Assembly: GCA_036351155.1 (NCBI GenBank)
Contig: JAZBOO010000314.1
Span: forward strand, 1 to 47,482
DNA: 47,482 nucleotides
Source of the DNA: Candidatus Krumholzibacteriia bacterium
GTDB lineage: Bacteria > Krumholzibacteriota > Krumholzibacteriia > LZORAL124-64-63
Direction: 5' to 3'
Part shown: in pieces, positions 35,466 to 43,526 of the stretch
How positions within the stretch are numbered: the stretch's first letter is position 1
Layout of the letters: every line of letters begins with the position of its first letter
Position numbers and translations under genes: made by a program
The notes under the pieces: generated by a model
The model's database searches: none
What the model was told of the DNA's origin: nothing
The model's input: the letters and a program-made list of their open reading frames with translations, nothing else

Positions 35466-35497
35466 TTGAATTCCGTTTTTGATTCTGGTAGAATCAA
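35466..35497 (+). promoter_or_regulatory. Sigma70 promoter overlapped by palindromic operator candidate
   Basis: TTGAAT-17 bp-TAGAAT with upstream TG; inverted repeat TTGATTCT-GGT-AGAATCAA 35479-35497. Confidence 0.55.
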
Positions 35498-35607
35498 TGA
35501 TCACATCGAAGGTCGGCAAGCTGGCCTGGGCCATCGCAACCCTTGCTACAACATGACATCATTGTCGACGTGACCGTTGCCTGGTGGTGATGTCCGGGAG
35601 AGACACC

Positions 35608-38223
35608 ATGTCCGAACGGAACCATGACACCGGCTACCCCTGGGCCGGTGGCTTGACTCTGCTGGTTTGCCTTCTTCTGGCCACGCCCCTGCTGGCCACC
35701 GAGTTCACCCTGGAGTCCTCGTTTCCCCGCGTTTTTTACGGAGAGCCCACCGACCTGGCTCTGGAGGGATCCGTGGAAGTGGTGGCCACCGCTTCCGGCC
35801 CGGTGACGCCCCTGGAAAACCCGGCCTGGCTGGAGCCCGCCGGAGAGCAGGCCTGGAAGACCCTCTTTCACTGGTTCGAGTCCGAGCCGCGTCAGGTCCA
35901 GTTTGTCGATGCGGCACAGGAGACCCTGACGGTCACCTTCAGCCCGTCGCCGCGCATGCCTCTGGATTTTGCTCGACACGACCTACCTGTCCTGTGCATC
36001 ACCACCGACCCCGCCAACCTCTGGGACCCGGAACTGGGAATCTATGCCTGGGGCAACTACATCAACTACAGCCAGACCGGGGGCGACTGGGAGCGGCCGG
36101 CCCAGCTGGAGTACTTCACGGCCGACGGCACTCTGGCTTTCAACGAGCCCATCGGGTTGCGGATCAATGGCGGATCGAGCCGCGATTACACCCAGAAAGG
36201 ATTGCGGCTTTACTTCGACGATTACGGGACCAGCGACGTGGTCGAATACGATTTCTTCGGTGAGGGTCCGGTGCGTTGCGAGCGCCTGGTGTTGCGGGGT
36301 TCGGGATACCCTGATTTCGCCATCGGGTCGGGCTGGGGAGAACCTCTGCACCGGGATCTGGGGCATCCGGGCAGCCGCTGGGCCTACGTGGCCGTGTATC
36401 TCAACGGGGAATACTGGGGTGCATACGCTCTGCGCGAGCGGTTCGACTCGAAGTGGGTGGAGACCACCCACGAATGGGGCGACGACGATTATCTCCTCAT
36501 CAAAGACAACGAGGCCAAGGAGGGCGATTTCCAGGAATGGGAGGACTTCCTGGCCGGTGTGGCGGACGGTGATGCCACCTCTCATGCCTGGTTCCAGTGG
36601 CTCGACGCCAGCTTTCATCTGGAGTCCTACTTTGACTGGATCCTGGTCAACGCCATGGGCCAGACCGCGGACAACATGCACGGCAAGAACATGGCCATCC
36701 TGCGCATCGGCGGGGACCGCCTGCACTTCATGGCCTGGGACGAGGATATCCTGTTCCAGTCGGGCAACCAGAATGCCAACTACTTCTCCTTCTATGCATC
36801 GGCCGATCCTGCCGAGTTCATCACCACCCAGCCTGCCACCTGGTTCAGTGGTGGACCCTGGGAGTTCACCTTCCGCTGGAACGCTCTCTTGCGTCGCGGC
36901 ATGCAGAACGCCGAATTCAAGGCCCGCCTGCGGGACCGAGCGGCCGAGCTCCTGGTCGGAGATCTGTCGGAGGAGGCCATGGTGGCCCGCCTGGACACTC
37001 TGAGCGACATCCAGGCGCCGGAATGGGTCCACCACACGGTCCGCTGGGATCCGCCCTGGTCCTACAGTGGGCGGCTGGCTTCGGCGCGGCTCAAGGTGAC
37101 AGCACGCCACGACATTGTGGGAAATCAGCTGGCCGCGTTTCTGGACACCTGGGCCGAGCCGGCCGAGTTGATCGCCTTCACCGCCACTGCTGCTGGGGAC
37201 CAGGCGGTGCTGACCTGGAGCACGGCCCGCGAACTGGATTGCGCCGGCTGGCAAGTCGAGCGCAGCCTCGACACTCCCGATGATTTCACCGTGCTGGCCG
37301 GCTATCCTGACGACCCGACCCTGGCGGCCCAGGGCGGTCCCGAGCAACCGGCTGAATATTCCTTTATCGACCAGGCCTTGCCGGCGGGGCGGGAGGTCTA
37401 CTATCGGCTGACCCATTTCGACCAGGAAGGGCAGCCTCAGGTTCACTCCTGGGTGGAGAAACCGGGGCAGAGGCCCGAGTTTGACCTGCGCCTCAACGAG
37501 TTCATGGCCGACAACGACTCGGTGGTTCCTGACGAGGCCGGCGAGTATGACGACTGGCTGGAACTCTACAACGGCGGGACAGAACCGGTTTCCCTGGGGG
37601 GTCTTTTCCTCACCGACAACCTGGAATCTTCCACCAAATGGGCTCTTCCCGACCTGGTGCTCGGACCGGGCGAATTTCTGGTGGTGTGGTGCGACGAGGA
37701 CCTGGATCAGGGTCCCTTGCACGCCAGCTTCAAGCTGGGAGCGGGAGGCGAGGAACTGGGTCTGTTTGCCGGGTTTGCCGCCGGTAACCTGCCCATCGAT
37801 GTCCTGGTCTTTGGCGCCCAGACCACCGATGTTTCCTGGGGCCGATGGCCCGATGGGCAGGGCGCCTGGGCCGCCATGGATGTGGCCACCCCCGGTGCCG
37901 GCAACGCACCCATTTCTGCTGCTCCTCTGGACACCCGGGCGACCAGTGTCAAGCTGGCTCCCGCCTGGCCAAATCCCACGTCGGGTGGCCTGGCGGTCAT
38001 GGGTCGGGTGCCGGCTGGACAGGATGCGGTGCGGCTGAAGATCTTCACGGTCAGGGGCCAGCTGGTGCGTGATCTGCTCGTCGACAGCAATGGCGAAGGC
38101 TGGCACACCTGGACCTGGGATGGCCGTGACGAGGCGGGCCGCCCTGCCTCCGCGGGAGTCTACTTACTACGGTTGCAGGCGGCCGGGCAGGTGAGCCATC
38201 AGCGGGTGGTGCTGGTGCGCTGA
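35608..38223 (+). CDS. Secreted CotH-kinase-family protein with lamin-tail domain and FlgD-Ig/T9SS-CTD-like tail
   Basis: GLRINGGSSR...QKGLRLYF, YLNGEYWGAYALRER; LNEFMADN...DEAGEYDDWLELYN (LTD); WPNP...SAGVYLLRL...RVVLVR. Confidence 0.88.
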   Translation: MSERNHDTGYPWAGGLTLLVCLLLATPLLATEFTLESSFPRVFYGEPTDLALEGSVEVVATASGPVTPLENPAWLEPAGEQAWKTLFHWFESEPRQVQFVDAAQETLTVTFSPSPRMPLDFARHDLPVLCITTDPANLWDPELGIYAWGNYINYSQTGGDWERPAQLEYFTADGTLAFNEPIGLRINGGSSRDYTQKGLRLYFDDYGTSDVVEYDFFGEGPVRCERLVLRGSGYPDFAIGSGWGEPLHRDLGHPGSRWAYVAVYLNGEYWGAYALRERFDSKWVETTHEWGDDDYLLIKDNEAKEGDFQEWEDFLAGVADGDATSHAWFQWLDASFHLESYFDWILVNAMGQTADNMHGKNMAILRIGGDRLHFMAWDEDILFQSGNQNANYFSFYASADPAEFITTQPATWFSGGPWEFTFRWNALLRRGMQNAEFKARLRDRAAELLVGDLSEEAMVARLDTLSDIQAPEWVHHTVRWDPPWSYSGRLASARLKVTARHDIVGNQLAAFLDTWAEPAELIAFTATAAGDQAVLTWSTARELDCAGWQVERSLDTPDDFTVLAGYPDDPTLAAQGGPEQPAEYSFIDQALPAGREVYYRLTHFDQEGQPQVHSWVEKPGQRPEFDLRLNEFMADNDSVVPDEAGEYDDWLELYNGGTEPVSLGGLFLTDNLESSTKWALPDLVLGPGEFLVVWCDEDLDQGPLHASFKLGAGGEELGLFAGFAAGNLPIDVLVFGAQTTDVSWGRWPDGQGAWAAMDVATPGAGNAPISAAPLDTRATSVKLAPAWPNPTSGGLAVMGRVPAGQDAVRLKIFTVRGQLVRDLLVDSNGEGWHTWTWDGRDEAGRPASAGVYLLRLQAAGQVSHQRVVLVR

Positions 38224-38262
38224 TCGGCAACGAGAAGCAGCTGCTGGCCAAGCTCCAGCGAA

Positions 38263-38527
38263 GTCCTGCGAGACTTCGAGGCCGGTCCCTTGCTGGACCT
38301 CGTCCTGGTGATGGCCGTGTTGAGCGTGTTGCTGATCCGGTTCTACCTCCACCTGACCGGTTATCCTCGGGTGGGCGGGGACAGCCTGCACATCGCGCAC
38401 ATGCTGTGGGCCGGGCATTGATCATGTTCTTCGCGCTGCAGCTTTTCAGCGGTCTGGCTGCCGGAATTATCGTGGCTCTGGGTATCTGGTCCTGGCCGGA
38501 TTGCGCTTCGCCATCGACCACGAAAGG
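38263..38527 (+). pseudogene. Fragmented membrane-protein gene remnant
   Basis: LIRFYLHLTGYPRVGGDSLHIAHMLW then stop; hydrophobic continuation in other frames (ALIMFFALQLF; VLAGLRFAIDHER). Confidence 0.55.
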
Positions 38528-38559
38528 ACAGGGGCATGTGGTGGGCATCCGCAACAGCA

Positions 38560-38587
38560 ACGGCCCCAGGCTTTCGCCCGGGGCCGT
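38560..38587 (-). terminator. Terminator-like hairpin between convergent genes
   Basis: Minus strand ACGGCCCCGGGC-GAAA-GCCTGGGGCCGT followed by TGCTGTT. Confidence 0.6.
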
Positions 38588-38611
38588 GACCTTTGATGAG
38601 CTGGCTGCACC

Positions 38612-40498
38612 TTACTTGATCAAGGTCATCATCCGCGTTTCCGAGAACGAGGGCGTGCGCAGCTGATAGAAGTAGGTGCCCGAGGCGACCTGCTGACCGG
38701 CGTCATTCCGCCCGGTCCAGGTCACGCTGTGGGCGCCTTCGGCCATCTGCTCGTTGATCAGCGTGGTCACCCGGGCGCCATCGACCGAGTAGATCACCAG
38801 CTCGGCCTGCTCATTCCGGGGCAGCTTGAAGCTGATGGTGGTGCTGGGGTTGAAGGGGTTGGGATAGTTGGCGGCCAGCTGGTAAGGCCGGACCATCTGG
38901 TCCTGCACCGGCGAGGTGGCCTCGTCAATGTTGGTCAGGAAATCGGTGCCCGACTGCAGCACGGACCGGGAGTCCATGTCCTGCAGGAAAACCGTGGCCC
39001 GCAGGTTGTCGTACACCCAGGAGCCATTCAGAGGAGTGTCCACCACGAACTGATGGTCTCCGAGGGTGGTGGGCACATCCAGCCCGTACACGTCGGGGAA
39101 AATGTAACGCATGGCCTGGCTATGGTGCGTCTCCCCGTTGCTGCCGGCGTAGTACACGTTGTCTTCGGTGATCACGACCCGCAATTTCAGAGGGCCCATG
39201 TTGTCCCGCATTTGCTCCAGGTTCTTGACCGTGACGATGGTCTGCTCCAGGTCCGGGTCGAACCGCAGTTCCATCCGCATGGGCACCTTGCCCTGCTGGG
39301 CACCAGCGAACAGGCCGGGGAAGGCCGCGCCGGAATTTGTATTCTCCACCCCATCCAGGTAGAACGCAGGCACGCCGCCCACACCGTAGTCGGTCACCAT
39401 GTAGTTGGACTGGGCGGAGTTGGCGCTGTACATGATATCCGCTCCCGGCCAGGACACATGCAACCGGATGACGGCGATGTCGTTGCCCTGGGTGGGCACA
39501 TAGGCATCCAGGGCCTGGTTGGCCTGCACGCAGGGGCCACATCCGGCATTGGTGAACAGCAGACCCAGGGGTGTGTGGGCCTGGGTGTAGCTTTCGTTGT
39601 AGGACGTGACGGTGTTGTTCAGGCTGTTCTCGTCGCCATCCAGCGAGGTGGTGGCCACCATCTTGATCAGCTTGCCCGCGCTGACGGTGTGTGACGGGAA
39701 GGAAACCTGAAGTTCACTGTCCGACCCCAGGGTGAGGACCGAAATAGTTTCACTGTAAACCGGCGTGCCGGATTCCAGGATCTCCAGGGTCACGTCGAAG
39801 GACTCACCCTGTTCGCCATTGTTATAAACGGTCACCACGGGGTCGAGGGTGCTGCCCTCCTCGAAGTGGTTGTCGGCCGGGGCGATAGCCAGCGGCATGA
39901 TGTCGCGACCCAGCAGCTCGAAGATCCGGACGTCATCGACAATCCACCAGTCGGCGTACTCGCCCACGTAGCGGAAGGCCACGTAAACCGTGGGCTCACC
40001 GGCATAGGCCGAGAGGTCCAGGGTCACGGGAGCGCCGCCGAAACCGGCCACAGTATGGGTGGCCGGCGTCATGGTGTGGATCATGGTGAAGGCTTCGGGA
40101 TCGGTCTGGCTGGTGGTGGAAACAGCAATGTAATGATGATCGCCCAGATTCCAGTTGTTCTCTTCTTCATACCACTCCAGCTTGGGAGCCACGGTGGTGG
40201 AGAGATCCAGGGGCGCGGTGACCAGCCATTCGTCCTGAGGCTGGCCTACGCCGCCGGAATGGAGCAAAGCCGAACGGGCACCGGTGTGGGAGGCCGCGGT
40301 GGTGCTCTGCCACTGGTAAGTATTGCCCAGGTGAATGATGGCCCACCCCGCAGGGGGGAAGGAGCCTTCGAAACCTTCCAGAAACAGGTCTCTGTCGGCA
40401 TTCACGGTTTGGTCCTGGGGTGTGATGCCGGCCAGAAGAACTCCAGGCAGGCAGAGAAGGATCAGCATGGTCAGCAGGCCGCGTGATTGTGGTTTCAT
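38612..40498 (-). CDS. Secreted protein: cleaved-adhesin-like, CARDB-like and Omp28-like (CxxC) domains, FlgD-Ig/T9SS-CTD-like tail
   Basis: EGFEGSFPPAGW, DEWLVT, DLSAYAG..VYVAFRY..WIVDDV; FTNAGCGPC, YGVGGVPAFYLDG, NGETHH..MR; NYPNPFNP...MTLIK. Confidence 0.85.
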   Translation of the reverse strand: MKPQSRGLLTMLILLCLPGVLLAGITPQDQTVNADRDLFLEGFEGSFPPAGWAIIHLGNTYQWQSTTAASHTGARSALLHSGGVGQPQDEWLVTAPLDLSTTVAPKLEWYEEENNWNLGDHHYIAVSTTSQTDPEAFTMIHTMTPATHTVAGFGGAPVTLDLSAYAGEPTVYVAFRYVGEYADWWIVDDVRIFELLGRDIMPLAIAPADNHFEEGSTLDPVVTVYNNGEQGESFDVTLEILESGTPVYSETISVLTLGSDSELQVSFPSHTVSAGKLIKMVATTSLDGDENSLNNTVTSYNESYTQAHTPLGLLFTNAGCGPCVQANQALDAYVPTQGNDIAVIRLHVSWPGADIMYSANSAQSNYMVTDYGVGGVPAFYLDGVENTNSGAAFPGLFAGAQQGKVPMRMELRFDPDLEQTIVTVKNLEQMRDNMGPLKLRVVITEDNVYYAGSNGETHHSQAMRYIFPDVYGLDVPTTLGDHQFVVDTPLNGSWVYDNLRATVFLQDMDSRSVLQSGTDFLTNIDEATSPVQDQMVRPYQLAANYPNPFNPSTTISFKLPRNEQAELVIYSVDGARVTTLINEQMAEGAHSVTWTGRNDAGQQVASGTYFYQLRTPSFSETRMMTLIK

Positions 40499-40623
40499 CT
40501 TGAGTCTCCCGATGATGTGGAGGGTGCAAGTAGGGTCAATTTCAGGAGGACATCAGTCTCGCTGAGGTGAGCAATGCGCTAATAATAGCATTAATTGCAA
40601 GTTATTGATCCCCCAAAATTATG

Positions 40624-40652
40624 TCCCCCATGGCATTGAGAACCATGGGGGA
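40624..40652 (-). terminator. Hairpin downstream of the 41347-40682 gene
   Basis: TCCCCCATGG-9 nt-CCATGGGGGA, followed on minus strand by CATAATTTT. Confidence 0.5.
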
Positions 40653-40681
40653 ACAGCCAGAAACAATTTCCGTGGCACGCT

Positions 40682-41347
40682 TTACCGGTAGAAGGTCTTG
40701 ACGTTGTCCCAGGTGTTGCCCTCGATCGGCGTCGACGTGATGGTGAGCACACCAGAAATCGCGTAAAAACGATGGTCGGCCGACGAAGCGGTGGCTCCGA
40801 ATCTCACCCATTGCTGGTTGATGGTGGCAGACCCGGAACCAATGGTGGGAGCAGCCGTTCCGAGCGCTTGTTCGACAGTGCCGAATCCCCCGGTCCCCGT
40901 CCAGATGTTGAGATTGCTTTCCACCGTCGTACAAAGCTCCGAGACATTCAGCGGGACGGCGATCGACCAATCCCACAGGTCTGCATAGGAACCGGCGAGC
41001 ATCGTTCCGTCCAGCAGATACACGGGCACATCTCCCGGTGGAGCGGTGTCCGTGTTGTCCCGAGCGTCCACCGTCGCTGTCGATGCTATGGCGAACCACT
41101 GGGTGCCAAGGGCCACCAGTTCGGGGACGGCGTTTGCTGCTGCGGAAACGAACGCATTGTAGTCGGCTATTTCGCTCGATTCCGCATCTCTCACCCCGGA
41201 AGTCACGAAGGCAAGGCGAAACAGGTCACCCTCCTCGAGATCCGGTGGTGTCGCCGGACATGCCTCGGCAATGTTTGGGCCAAGGGTCAAAAAAATCATG
41301 GCGACCAGGCTAGCAATACCGGCCCGGGACTTGGTCAGGTGTTTCAT
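40682..41347 (-). CDS. Secreted protein (FRLAFVTS domain) with short W-x-x-V-K C-terminal motif
   Basis: Signal peptide ...AEA; GDLFRLAFVTSGVRDAESSEIADYNAFV, VDARDNT, WTGT, RFYAIS; ends TPIEGNTWDNVKTFYR. Confidence 0.82.
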   Translation of the reverse strand: MKHLTKSRAGIASLVAMIFLTLGPNIAEACPATPPDLEEGDLFRLAFVTSGVRDAESSEIADYNAFVSAAANAVPELVALGTQWFAIASTATVDARDNTDTAPPGDVPVYLLDGTMLAGSYADLWDWSIAVPLNVSELCTTVESNLNIWTGTGGFGTVEQALGTAAPTIGSGSATINQQWVRFGATASSADHRFYAISGVLTITSTPIEGNTWDNVKTFYR

Positions 41348-41559
41348 GGGTATTCCGTTCCCTCGATTTCGAGGATTTTGAGAGAGAAACTGACATGGCG
41401 GACATTATCCCATCAGAAACAGGAGGGCAAGCATCTTGTTTCGCCTGCTGTCCGGGTGGGGACCATTTCAACGGGCAGGCAGGTAAAGTTTCCTGAAGGG
41501 GCCTTTTCCCCGGAAGCGCTGCATCACCGCCTGTGGTATTTTGGCGGCAAGGAGGCTTC

Positions 41560-42091
41560 ATGACCGGACAACCCGCTCATCCCTCCCGACTGGGCACGAC
41601 CGCCGAGCGGCATGCCCTGATTCTGGCTGCAGTATCGGCCGTGCTTGTTTATCCGTCCAGATCAGGGCAGGACTTCAGCCTCGATGGAGACAGCCACCAG
41701 AACATCCTGGGCATGGTGGGCAGCGGTGCCATGAACCGCATCATGATCCTGGTCAAACCTGATCTGATCCAGGGTTTCAAGAATACATCGGACAAGCGCA
41801 ACGTGGGAGTGCACGAGTTCGCGCATCTGGTGGACAAGTCCGACGGGGTAATCGACGGACTGCCGTCTGTAGGTCTGGATCGCGAGGCGATCGGTCCCTG
41901 GGTTGAGGAAGCAGAAGCATCCGGAATTATTTGCCGCGATGCAGAAGGTGTTTCGCCAGGATCTGGGGAGCCGGTTGCAGGACATCCGACGAGAAATGAC
42001 GGCCGGACCCAGGAAGTTTGGCCGGAACTCTCCGTGCCCGTGCGGTAGCGGGAAAAAATACAAGAAGTGCTGCCTGCAGAAGATGGAATAG
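41560..42091 (+). pseudogene. Degraded MtfA-like (peptidase M90) zinc peptidase with C-terminal SEC-C motif
   Basis: VLVYP...NVGVHEFAHLVDKSDGVIDGLP in one frame; HPELF...FRQD...[18 protein letters not shown] in another; the EFFAV-type segment is missing. Confidence 0.7.
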
Positions 42092-42138
42092 AGGTGTCGA
42101 GAAATGGTATGCAAGGTCTATCCCGCGAGATTGTGCCC

Positions 42139-42777
42139 ATGAACAGGAACCTGACAGCCTGCTTCGTCATGGCCATCCTGGCCATCGTCCATCCGATAGG
42201 GAGCGCACTTCCGGACAACGAGCCCGCCCGTCCGGAGGGCACACCGTCGCTCGTGGTGACCGCATTGCTGGAAAAGACGATCTTCAAGGTGGACGTCGTT
42301 TCGCTGGAGCTGTGGCTGGGGCCGGCGACAACCCGGGAAGTCCGGCGGCATCTTGCTACCGGCACGGACTCGCTGGCGACGGCGATCGCCGACAGCCGCG
42401 ACGCCTGGGCGCAACTGGTCTTTCAGCGCGATGTGAATCTCGACCGGTTCCTTGCCGGTGTCACCGAGGACATGCAGCGCGCCGTCCGTGCGGGTTTGCT
42501 CGACACCGCGGGTTACGCCAAGGTCACGAGGGGCCTGCCTGTCTGGCTGGAGCCTCTGCGCGCGCAGGGAATCGCCTCGGGTGACCGATTCACTTACGCG
42601 ATCGTGAACGACACCCTGAGGACCGTTTTCACGCGGCAGGACGGCCACGTCACCATCGATCAGACCGATGTCGGTCCGGCGCATCGGCGTGCCCTTCTGG
42701 GCAGTTTTGTGGCGCCCGGTGCGGGATTTCGCGACGATCTGCTCGCCGATCTTGAGCTGAAGGAAAAAACTCCGTGA
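42139..42777 (+). CDS. Secreted hypothetical protein, possibly chalcone-isomerase-like fold
   Basis: Signal peptide; LLEKTIFKVDV, LVFQRDV, GDRFTY, RRALLGSF. Confidence 0.6.
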   Translation: MNRNLTACFVMAILAIVHPIGSALPDNEPARPEGTPSLVVTALLEKTIFKVDVVSLELWLGPATTREVRRHLATGTDSLATAIADSRDAWAQLVFQRDVNLDRFLAGVTEDMQRAVRAGLLDTAGYAKVTRGLPVWLEPLRAQGIASGDRFTYAIVNDTLRTVFTRQDGHVTIDQTDVGPAHRRALLGSFVAPGAGFRDDLLADLELKEKTP

Positions 42778-43430
42778 AGAACCGCGTGGTCCGGCCTGAG
42801 ATACTCGACTCGCTCCCGTATGATCACCCGTCCGCCGTCGCCAACCGCCGCGACCTGCGGCTCCTCAACGGCATCATGGGTACCTCTTCCTGGGTCGCGT
42901 CCACGCTCCAGCGATGGTACGTCCAGGGCGACCACATCTTCGAGGCGGGTGCCGGCGACGGTGAACTGGGCCGCTTCTTGCGGCGCCGGCTGCCGGTTCT
43001 GCGCGGCGGTCTCTACACCGGACTGGACCTGAGCCACACAAGGCCCGCGGACTGGCCGGACCCCTGGGCCTGGGAACGCAGGGACTTGCTGGACCACGAA
43101 TTCTCACCGGCGCCACACGTTCTGATCGCCAACTTCCTGCTGCATCAGTTCACCGATGCCGATCTCGTTCGACTGGGCCGTTCCATCAGCGAAATCCCCG
43201 TCTGGATCTTCTGTGAGCCGTACCGGTCCCGCCTTGCCCTGGCAGGGCTTGCCGCTTTGCGTCCGTTCGGCCTGCACGAGGTTTCCTGGCACGATGGCCG
43301 GGTCAGCGTGCAGGCGGGATTCCGTGGGCGGGAGCTGGTGGATCTGCTGGGGGCCGAGACAGCCGGGCGGCAGTCGCGGGTCACCATCGACTGGCGGGGC
43401 AGCTATCGCCTGGTATCGACCGCTCGGTAA
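42774..43430 (+). CDS. Class I SAM-dependent methyltransferase
   Basis: GTGA overlap with upstream stop; PEILD...RRDLRLLN, EAGAGDGELG, ANFLLHQF, HDGRVSVQAGF. Confidence 0.82.
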   Translation: MKNRVVRPEILDSLPYDHPSAVANRRDLRLLNGIMGTSSWVASTLQRWYVQGDHIFEAGAGDGELGRFLRRRLPVLRGGLYTGLDLSHTRPADWPDPWAWERRDLLDHEFSPAPHVLIANFLLHQFTDADLVRLGRSISEIPVWIFCEPYRSRLALAGLAALRPFGLHEVSWHDGRVSVQAGFRGRELVDLLGAETAGRQSRVTIDWRGSYRLVSTAR

Positions 43431-43446
43431 ATCTTGATATGAACTA

Positions 43447-43462
43447 TTGCGAAATTTCGAAA
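43447..43462. promoter_or_regulatory. Palindromic operator candidate upstream of yeeE/yedE pair
   Basis: TTGCGAAATTTCGAAA (core CGAAATTTCG perfectly palindromic) next to TG-T-TATATT extended -10-like element. Confidence 0.35.
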
Positions 43463-43526
43463 CTGTTATATTTTGGCGCCCAACTGAAAACCAGAATCTC
43501 TTTCTGTTGAGCTGGGAGGAACAATT

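Noticed and set aside
38221..38421. Stop-codon readthrough or selenocysteine extension of the CotH gene (TGA followed by open frame)
   Set aside because: The gene ends in the same LVR terminus as the other CTD proteins; the downstream frame is better explained as a relic of another gene
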